The notes beneath the pieces were generated by a model that did no database searches, was not told where the DNA came from, and worked only from the letters and a program-made list of their open reading frames with translations. Both the position numbers and the translations under genes were made by a program. Positions 33,801 through 43,199 of a stretch of 43,199 bases of DNA are shown piece by piece. The number at the start of each line of letters is the position of its first letter. The first letter of the stretch is position 1. Origin of the DNA: Jimgerdemannia flammicorona (taxonomy: Eukaryota); NCBI GenBank assembly GCA_003990765.1, contig RBNJ01000079.1, positions 1 to 43,199 on the forward strand, in the 5' to 3' direction.

Positions 33801-36235
33801 CTACAGTACCCTATTATCTAATAAAGAGGAATTGAGGTGCCAATGTCCAGGCCTATTCCTACTCCTCTCAAAATATCTCTGTCCTAGTAGCCTCCAATAA
33901 TCTGACCATGGACACCACTCCACCTCCAGCAACTTCCAAATATCCAAACCCCAGCAGCTTACTATCAAAATTCAGTTAATTCTTATCCCCAGGCCCCCTG
34001 CCCAATGCATGTATACTCTTCTATCACTCCAATACTCTCTACCAGCATCTACCAGAGTGCTTAGTCTTTCCACTTCCTCCTATACTGCCAGCCCTCCACT
34101 CCTGCCCTCAGCTCCCCATCCTCTATTGGTTCTATCCACTAGTACATCCTGGACTATATTGAAGTCTTCACCAAGCATATCCACCCTGGCTTCTGCAAGG
34201 GCCCCACTCTCCTAGAGATCCTTTACCCAATCTATACACTCATCTCATACAGCAGAGTAGTAGTAAGAATCCACTGTAACTGGCTCCTAACCTATATATA
34301 TCCACTCTCTCTAGACCAATCTATCTCTCCAGCTCTTCACATTGTATATCTCCCCTCTATCTCTCTAGACCAGAATCCCAACCTTGCCCTTCCAAACTGC
34401 CTCACCTCCTCATTCCTTCATCTATTCCAGCCTATTCAAATCATCCTCATACCTGACATTCTGCAAAAGGAAGAGATCAGCCTCCAATCCCTTTAGCCAA
34501 GTAAAAATGTTCCTACATTGAGAAGAGCTCTATAACCCATTCACATTTAAGGAAAAGATATTAGTTGTACTATTTATAAGAAAATACTATGTGTTAACAG
34601 GTTCATCCTCTACTGCTCTATACTCATTACTTCCTGTGCCATATCCAGATTATATTCTGCAGGCTCCTCCTCCTCTTCAGCCCTCTTAGCCTCCAATCCA
34701 GTCAACAACTCATTCATCTCCCCATCCACCTTCTCCTCAAACTCTTTCTGATACTCCAGGCAGGCCTTCTGTCAGAGCTACAATCCATGATACTTAGTCC
34801 AGTAGTAGTTGGCCCTCTCACCAGTAACACCTGCCAGCTCTGTCTCCCTCTTCTTATCCACCTCATACCCTTTCTCCTCGAGGTACACTACAAGAATTTC
34901 TGTCTTCAATGCCATCACCACTCCATTCTCCTGTAGAATCCATGCCCAATACTCATTACTCATTACTCTAAGGTCTACCTCTTTCAACTCTTCAGCTGCT
35001 AAGTTATTCATCATTCTATACATCCAAAGTAGGTTCTCCACCTCCTTCCCTCCTGGAGTCACTGGCCTCTCTCCATCTAGCATCATGGTGTCAGCCCCTG
35101 TACTTGCAGACTCATTCCATACCTCTGGAATATCCACCAGTTCCTCCTCTCTAATCACCACCACTTGTCCCCCTTTTACTATCTCCAGAACTTCAAATTG
35201 TACTTACTGGGTCCCCTGCATGGGTACATCCTCTACCACTCTACTTTGAGAAGCCAGATCTCACCTGATAAGAGGGGTAGGAGTAGGTGAGTCCTCTCAA
35301 GTCTCCTCCCAGACCTCAAATGTACTATCTGCATATGGAATATTATCAGTCACCTCCCTGTCCTCTCCTGTCCCCTTCTCTCCAATTCCTCCACCCTCAC
35401 TAGCCCAGACACTCACTTTGGCATCTCCTGTCTTCTTAATTCTACTATATTCTTCTATAGTCTACCCTCCAGTTTAGCCAGTAGCTCCTTCTGCCTCTTA
35501 TGTCCCTGGGCCCTTTTCCACTGCCTCTTGTCTACTCGAATCTGCTTCCCATCTACCACCTCCAAATGTATTGACTCTATAAAAGCCTTCCAAGCCTTCA
35601 CCCACCACTCCACTATACCACTCAGATCTTCCAGTACTTCCAATAAGTTCTCTTCCTCCTCCTTACTTTCCTTCACCCTCATCACCTTGTATAAGATTGC
35701 CCCCCAGACCATCACTGAAGGCCAGTCTCTTGCCTTCCCAGTAGCTTTCTTTTCTGCTAACCAAATCCTGATATCAATATCTCCAGTCCAGAATGAGGTC
35801 CCTTCCCAGACTCTGAATCCAACATCTACTACCTCCCCATACTCAGCTATGATCTCCTCAACTCTCCTTCTTATCTCCACCACTATCACCATGAGTACTC
35901 CTTTCACCAGCAGTTGTACCACCCTGAGGTCCCATCTCAGGCAATATGTCATTAGAATACATATCTCCCCAACAGTTAGTCCAGCCTTCAGTGCCTCCTC
36001 CAAAGGCCCAGCCTCCTCAAAGTCCACCTCTACTTCCTCCAATCTCTTCAGAAACTTCACTGATACCACTCCAGCCACCTGCTTAGTAATTAGCCCCAGC
36101 ACCATTTTCGCTATCACCACTAGGCCCTGGAAGTACAAAGTAACCACAAACTCTGAGATTGACTTCTTGAGTAATGGGGCCACCACCAAGCCCATCATAC
36201 TATCTGCCAAATCTCTCTATCATCCAAGCCCCATC
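30837..36235 (-). mobile_element. LINE copy D (ORF2 ~34560-30950, ORF1 36235-~34590); ORF1 interrupted by family 1 copy 2
   Basis: Poly(T) at 30837-30858; QKDPLSPILY/FTDD (32364..32636), GGLGLVDF (31731..31991), LNVNGL and LLQN near 34460-34550; ORF1 pieces 34778..35164 and 35455..36210. Confidence 0.93.
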
Positions 36236-37735
36236 TGTAAGCATACAACCTCCAAGCCACCAAAATCACATGGCATCCTCAGAACTAATTTGGAAACTAC
36301 ATGCAAGACTACAAAACAAGTTACTGAAGAGATTATCTGGTTACACGAAATATGCCAGCAAGCACAAGAACCCACTACTAAGATACAAGAATACTAGAAG
36401 AAGTACTACAACTATAAGACTGACTCTGAACTGCTATAACTAGTTTAGTATACTATACTATTATAAAAGGAAACTGAAGATACCAAACTCAAATTGAGAC
36501 AAGAAGAACTCTATCTCATCTACCAAAAGGTTTACAAACTACACTTATTAACTCAAGACCAAGATATACTGTAACTATACAAGACCTTATTACTTAGTAG
36601 AAGCAAAACACATTTGAACAACTCTATTTACTCTATCTGTATCACCTCTATTGGAGAGTGACAGATGCTTCATCTGAACTCAAGAAAGTCAATAACATCA
36701 AAACCAATCTCAAGCCATCCATGTGACAGATATTACTACTAAAAATTGCCTCAGATTACAGAAAATATCATTTTTGAGAGGTTTGAACCCCCAGCCATGA
36801 CATTGAGAGCTCTTGCCCTAGATGAGAATGGCCAGTCCTCACAAATGTGCCAGCAGACCAAAAAGAAAAAGAACCAAGACCTGTTATCCTTATACAACCA
36901 CTACCACCAAGGACAGCCTTAATCTTATAAGAGATAGAAGTAACAATACCTTGAAACTAATGATGTCAGAAGTCAGAAAACTGCTTAGACTTTGCCAGCA
37001 ATGATGTCATCAATAGTGATGTCATCAAAACTAACCAGACAACACCTAAACCTATAAATAGCTTAGCAGTCATAGTATAGTTAGATTAGCCTTATATGAT
37101 ATGACTGTGAACTAACTCAGCAGTCAGACAATCTCTTGATATATCAGATCACACTTGTACTATATGACTGCATTCTGACTCAGCAAAGTACTAAGTGCTA
37201 TATCTATATTTAGCATAGTCCAGATAGCCCCTCACTAGTATAAATACCCCCTCCCCCAGACCTCAGAACACTAGACAATAAGATCTGAACAATCTGAATA
37301 CAACTTCTGAGCACTTCCCCACAATATCTCTTTATACAACTACTCCTAGTATAGTAATATCATGAATAGCAAATAAATCTATTTAATAACCCATAAACCA
37401 CTCTTAAGTAAATCTGCTCCCCATTAGGTCCCACTCCTAACCCCATCACGAAATTTCCTAATTGGGTATTATCTGCAGCAATACACCAATTTAACTAAGC
37501 TGACCTTAGTTTCTTGAACTTCCTGAAATATGGAAAATCTTAAACTTCCAGAACTAGTCTGAAAAAGGACTTTGGTTGAGACATCAACCTGATCTTGAAA
37601 TCAATAAGCATAGAGGATGTACTCTATATGAAATTGATCTTGACTATAAGAAAACAGTCTTCCAGAATATCCAGAACCTCCAGAAAACTCTTTCAGAACT
37701 ACGTAACAGTTACTCTAAAAAGCAACCCTCTTACA
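36236..37735 (+). repeat. 5' LTR of family 1 copy 2 (1500 bp), TATA-like TATAAATA at 37239
   Basis: Matches 41132-41736 and the reverse complement of both copy 1 LTRs. Confidence 0.95.
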
Positions 37736-37738
37736 ACT

Positions 37739-37750
37739 TGGTAGCAGTGG
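37739..37750 (+). other. Primer-binding site, probably initiator tRNA-Met
   Basis: Consensus of the three PBS copies is TGGTAGCAGCGG, complementary to a tRNA ending ...CTGCTACCA as in eukaryotic initiator Met tRNAs. Confidence 0.75.
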
Positions 37751-37759
37751 TTTACAATC

Positions 37760-40700
37760 CAATTCTGCTTCAAGACACTTCCTCACCCACTATAAACCCC
37801 TCTGTGAATTCCTACAAGTTGGTATAAAGCCCAACCTCTGAACTGGAATTTATTCTGAACCATCTGACAATCTGGAGAGAATTGAACCTAATGTACAAGG
37901 ACAATTTGACCTCCACACCTGCAACAAGTGGGACAAACTTCATTCAAAGAAAGAAATACTCCAGTTAAATCAGCAAATAGGTGAAACCCTATTCACCAAA
38001 CTCCTTACACTATACCCAGCAAGTCAAGATGAAGAAGGTCTTATAGAAGCCTTCTTTACTCTTCTCAATAAGAGTTTTGTTAGCTCCACAAATCTGAGTG
38101 ACCTAGGATAACCAGCAGCAGTCTTTCTAGTCTTAGTTCCTCATGAAGCCCAAGTCTCTGTAGCCAAGTGGCTCAACTCTACCGACTTTCACTGTACCAG
38201 GACTAAGACTGTACTATACTACCAATTCCAGAATAGTAAGGCCCACTATATTCTTAAAGAAGAAGCAAGAGAAACCCTTCATCAACTATCTGACCCTGAA
38301 CCTGAAGCAGGCCCTGCTACAGCTCTACCTGAATCTGAAACCAATACCAAACCTGAACTTGACTTTGAATTAAGTCTATCTGAAATCAGATATACAACTA
38401 ATTCTGTCTACTTTGACACCGAGCAAACCCAATTACATGGAGACCAAACCAAAGAGGAGGAGGAGTATCTCAGTGAATTTGATCTCGGATATACTACCGA
38501 AGGAGAGGTACCTCCATCAGGACAGAATACACCTATATAGCAAAAAACAGCTATCTATCAAGCCCTCACTCCAGACCCACAACTACTACTCCAGCAACTT
38601 ATACAGACTCAAAGAACACCCTCATACTCTACACCAGTATCTCAAGTAGTACCAGTAACATCACTACCAGCAGTCCAACTGCCTCCAGTAAACAATATGG
38701 CAAATCAACAGATTCTAGACCTCACAGCCCAGGTAGCAATAATGGTAGCAACCATTACTATCTTAGCTGAACAGACCTGACCTACCAAAAATCTGAGCCT
38801 ACCTACCTTCAATGGTACCACACAAGAAGTCCAAAGCTTCATTAGTATAGTTGACACCAACTTCGAAGTCAATTAATGGACCAATGAGTAAGTTGCTGAC
38901 CATGTTCTGACAAATAATCAAGACCACACTCTAGAACAACTCTTTGCTACTATCATGGCCTATGTCTGCCAAGTTGTTACATTCTTCTGAGGACCTGCTG
39001 AAGAATAGTGGCAAACCCTTCCTGAAAAACCCCTCACATGAGATACCCAATCTACAGTTGTTGCTCAAAATGCAGCAAACAATGCTCCAGAGTATAGAGT
39101 CCATCCTGCAGCCCCTGGACTCAAACAACTCATGATTGCTCAATACTGCAGCAAAACCATGATTGCTGAATCTTGAGTAAAACTCTGCAACCTCAAATTC
39201 GATATATATGGCAAAGAAGAATTCAAAACCATCTGTACAAAACTCGAGTCACTCCTGAATACTGTTGGCCTAGGATATATTACCAATGATGAAGCATGAA
39301 ATGGTACAAGAGTAGACCATTTATTCGATGCACTGCCTGAATGGCTTACTAGAAAAATCCAAGAACAAGGCCACCCAGTTGGTTGTGATCACCAACAATA
39401 GTGCCTGGTAAGAATCAAGACTATGGTCAAGTGAATTCTAACAGCTGGACTAATTCTGCCCTGAAGACAATTCAATAACAAGGAAAAGACTTGGACCAAG
39501 AAAGAAGAACCCAAGCATGAAGCATCCCGAGCTCCCTCCACATCTACCTCTTGAACATTCAGAAATCGTGAACCCACCTAGCCAAGTACCTTCAAGAAAC
39601 TTACTAAAGGAGAAAGGAATGAACTTCGAAGAAGTAGAGTATACTTCTATTGCCGAAAGACAGGATACATGACCAGTGTCTACCCCAACCAAAAACCCCA
39701 AACAGCAATATAAGCAACTGTTACCACTCTGTACCACCTCAACAACCTGACCACCAGAATACTAGACTTTGTCAAGTTAAGACAAACTGCTAAGGCCCCA
39801 ACCAAAGAAAGTCAAAAAGCAGCTGGATATGACTTGTATGCAGCCAAAGAAGCTACAGTTTCTAACCGAGAAATCAAGCAAGTCTATACAGGAATCGGCA
39901 TCCAAATCCCTGAAGGACATGTTAGAAGAATATGCTGTCGCAGCAGCCTAGTATTGAAAGGACTCTCAGTGGAAGGAGGAGTCATTGATGAAGATTATAC
40001 AGGCGAAATTATTGTCCTCATCTGAAACCACAGTTGGACACTCTTCAAGATCCCTATTGGATTCTGTATTGCCCAGATACTATTCAAAAAAATTGAGTCA
40101 ACCCTGACAGTCAAGGAAGTCCCTGAACTACTACCTACCATCTGAGGATCCAAAGGATTTGGCTCATCAAACAAGGCCCCAGCCCAACCTACCATGAGCA
40201 AAGAAGAACAATTCTACAAGAATATTGAAGATGGATATGTATATACCAAGTGGCCAATGCCCACATGGCATTGGAATATACTCTTCCTGAATGATTGATG
40301 ATTTCTTCTCTTGCATCAATAAACTGGCTCAAAGAAGAACCAATAGAAGGAAAACTCCTACAACTGAAATCACCACCATTGGATCAGACAAACTGCTTAC
40401 ACTTAAAGCTTTTGTCAACTGAGCACCTGTCAAGATTATGATAGACAGTGGTGCCTCAGGCAACTTCATCAATGAAGAGACAGCCAACAGACTCAAGGTC
40501 TTCACCTCTCCAGTACAACAAACTCAAGCAGTTGCTACAGCTGATGGAACCTCACATATTATTAGCAAAGAAGTCCACAATCTACTCTTATGAATTGGCA
40601 ACTACTGAGTATATATTACCCTCCAAATCATACCACTTCCTGATAATGAAATCATCCTTGGGACTCTATGGTTAAAATAAGAGAACCCTATGATCGATTG

Positions 40701-41100
40701 GGTAAACCATTCCCTGATCATCAAGAAAGGACACCACAACTTCAAACTGTAAGGTGAAAAGGACCCACTCAACTCTAGTGACTCTGGACCAAAGATCACC
40801 CACATCAACAAGCTACAACTTAAGAAATTAGCCAAGAAATACCCTCTCTTTGCTATCTCCATCCATCCATCCAAAGGAGACCCCGAGAACTCTGAAGAAG
40901 ACTTTTCCAAAGTTGACAGCCATGTCAGACCACTACTCCAGAAGATCTAAGACATATTTCTGAACCGGACCACAGAACCACCTGCACCTGTCATTATTAA
41001 TGACCAAGAAGAATACAAAGTTGAACAAATTCTCAACAAACATAGCCACAAGAACCATTCAAATGATACAACAACACCAGAACAAATTAGAAGGCCCTGA
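37760..41100 (+). pseudogene. Polyprotein relic: unknown N-terminal domain, Gag + zinc knuckle, dUTPase, aspartic protease, chromodomain stub
   Basis: Gag from ATG 38697 (LSLPTFNGT); knuckle YFYCRKTGYMTSVYP ~39640; dUTPase AAGYDLY, RSSL, GGVIDEDYTGEI, IAQ, *GSKGFGSS (39760-40170); protease MIDSGASGNFI at 40438 and IILGTLWL; then DIFLNRTTEPPAPVIINDQEEYKVEQILNK. Confidence 0.92.
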
Positions 41101-41131
41101 CAAGGACATCGAAAGCTAAGAAGGGGAGAGT

Positions 41132-41736
41132 TGTAAGCACACAACCTCCAAGCCACCAAAATTGTATGGCATCCTCAGAACTAATTTGGAAACCACATAC
41201 AAGACTACAAAACAAGTTACTGAAGAGATCATCTGGTTACACGAAATATACCAGCAAACATGAGAACCCACTACCAAGATATAAGAATACTAGAAGAAGT
41301 ACTATAACCATAAGACTGACTCTGAACCACTATAACTAGTTTGGTATACTGTACTATTACAAAAAGAAACCAAAGGTACCAAACTCAAATTGAGACAAGA
41401 AGAACCCTATCTCATCTACCAAAAGGTTCATGAACTGTACTTATCAACTCAAGACCAAGATACACTACAACTATACAAGACCTCATTACTTAGCAGAAGC
41501 AAAATACATTTGAACAACTCCATTCACTCTATCTATGTCACCTCTATTGGAGAGTGATGGATGCTTCATCTGAACTCAAGAAAGCTGACAATGTCAAAAC
41601 CAATCTCAAGCTATCCATGTGACAGATATTATTACTAGAAATTGTCTTGGATTATAAAAAATATCATTTCTGAGAGGTTCGAACCCCCAGCCACGATATT
41701 GGGAGCCCTCACTCTAGATGAGAATGGCCAGTCCCA
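41132..41736 (+). repeat. 3' LTR of family 1 copy 2 (first ~605 bp)
   Basis: Matches 36236-36840 and diverges after GAGAATGGCCAGTCC. Confidence 0.93.
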
Positions 41737-43199
41737 CCATCTCTCTCTACTACAATTCACGTTACACACACTTTTCAACGCACTTTCAAAGTATTTATTG
41801 GCGAGAGATACTAAAGCAATGTCAACCAGCAAGCAAGCCGACGTGCATACTAGGTCGGGTGGACCTGGGGCCTTCGACTGGCAGACTGTCGGGAGAGGGT
41901 ATGGATTGGGGTTAGGATCTTTCGGTGGCTCGAATGGGCAGGGCAGCTCGGGTAGTGGAGGTGGCACTGGTGGGGGGGCTGGAGAGAAGCAGGGGAGGAG
42001 CTTTGCGGACACGCTGAAGGATGGAGACTGGCTGTTGGGCACTCGGAGTGGACCGGCAAGAGGGAAGGGGAAGCAGAGGGATGGAGCCGCTGGGGGAACT
42101 GGACCTTCGCGGGGGGGAGGTGGGGGAAGTGGAGGGCTGGCTGGGGGTAGTGGCGGGACTGCTGATGGTGGCGTGACGGTGAATCTGGAAAAAAAAAGAG
42201 ATGTGACGGTTGATGGCCAGGGGGGGCAGGGGCTCCTGATGCAGAAGGGGGACCTGGCTGATAGTGTAACGGGACTGGCAGTGGCCCCATTGCTCAAGAA
42301 GTCAATCTTGGAGTTCGCGGCTACCTTGTGCTTCCGGGGCTTAGCAGTGACGGCGAGGATGGTCCTGGGGCTTATCTCGAAGCAGGTGGCTGGTGCGGCC
42401 TCAGTGAAGTTCTTGAAGGGCATGGAGGGGGTTGAGGTGGGCTTTGAGGAGGCGGGCCTACTGGATGAGGCCATGAAGACAGGAGTGATGGTTGGGGAGG
42501 TAGTGGTCTCCATGGTTAGGTGCTTGAGGTGGGACCCCAGGGTCGTGTAGCTTCTGGTGAGGGGGGTGCCTACGGTGACTAAGGAGGAGACTAGGAGGAG
42601 GGTGGAGGAGGTGATGGTTGAGTATGGTGACGTGGTGGACATTGGATTTCAATTGTGGGAGGGGACGACTATCAGGATGGGTGACGTCGATGTCAGGATT
42701 CAGTTGGCAGGGAAAGAGGCCACAGGGAAGCCGAGTGACTGGCCCTCGGTGCTGATGTGGGGGGCTGTCGTCTGCAAGGTGTCGAGGGTGAAGGGGAGTG
42801 AAGAGGAGGAGGAGGACTTGCTGGAGGCACTGGAGGAGTTGGGTGGGGCTGTGGCAAGGAGGGCGACGGCCTAGAAACTGTTTGAGGAATCGACGTATCT
42901 GGAGGTTGTGGGCGGGAGGCGTATCTGTATGGATAAGAAGCAGTGGGAGTGGATCCAGGGACGCAAGAGGCAGAAGGAGCTGTTGGCGGGTATAACAGGT
43001 GGGGGGAAGAAGCAGTCGGGTAAAGCTGAGGAGACTGGGGGTGCTGAGGCCAGTGTCTGGGCTGGTAAAGGAGGAGAGGAGGTAGAAGCGAAGGAGGCAG
43101 GTGCTGGGAAGGGGCTGGTCAAGGACCCATTTGCTGATGGTACCTTTGAAGTGTGGGAGCCGGAGTTGGATGCCACCCCCACCCCACTTATCAGGAGGG
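41737..43199 (+). mobile_element. LINE copy E, 5' UTR and ORF1 (ATG 41819), youngest copy, runs off the window
   Basis: ORF1 is homologous to copies C and D; many CpGs are retained; in-frame TAG stops at 42548 and 42872. Confidence 0.92.

Larger units (their letters stand above)
36236..41736 (+). mobile_element. Non-autonomous Ty3/gypsy LTR element, family 1, copy 2; 3' LTR interrupted by LINE E
   Basis: 5' LTR at 36236-37735 (TGTAAG...CTTACA), PBS TGGTAGCAGTGG at 37739, PPT AAGAAGGGGAGAG at 41118-41130, 3' LTR from 41132. Confidence 0.95.

Noticed and set aside
35528-36397. 289-aa plus-strand ORF
   Set aside because: Antisense of LINE D ORF1 running by chance across the junction into the LTR.
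18699-41736. Large inverted repeat or segmental inversion between 18699-25039 and 36236-41736
   Set aside because: Similarity ends exactly at the LTR termini and the flanks differ, so these are two independent insertions in opposite orientation.
41642-42550. LTR-LINE ORF1 fusion protein
   Set aside because: Non-ATG start within LTR sequence and upstream of the LTR's TATA position; the real ORF1 start is probably ATG 41819, and the in-frame join is likely chance.
41635-42642. 335-aa Pro-rich minus-strand ORF
   Set aside because: Antisense of the Gly-rich LINE E ORF1.

Overview
Eukaryotic, most likely fungal, DNA. The Crinkler-like gene and the element types suggest an early-diverging lineage such as Mucoromycota, but this is inference. 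The first ~1.6 kb is CpG-rich and holds the 5' part of a spliced Crinkler (CRN)-like gene on the minus strand plus its promoter. The remaining ~41.5 kb is a nested, CpG-depleted transposon cluster. It contains five L1/Tx1-type LINE copies plus a fragment, and two independent insertions of a non-autonomous Ty3/gypsy element (1.5-kb LTRs; unknown N-terminal domain-Gag-dUTPase-protease-chromodomain stub; no RT/RNase H/integrase). It also contains a related dUTPase-bearing gypsy element that keeps its RT start, two other decayed gypsy pol relics, and several copies of a fold-back hAT-type MITE. Most notable: (1) an unrecognised domain conserved upstream of Gag in two diverged dUTPase-gypsy families; (2) the amplified Gag-dUTPase-PR-only element; (3) an integrase GPY/F fragment captured inside its LTR; (4) transition-only decay that includes many CpA sites; (5) a 130-bp CpG-rich E-box/CRE island inside the decayed region; (6) a conserved 3' stem-loop in the LINEs. 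All calls come from manual translation and alignment; no searches were run.
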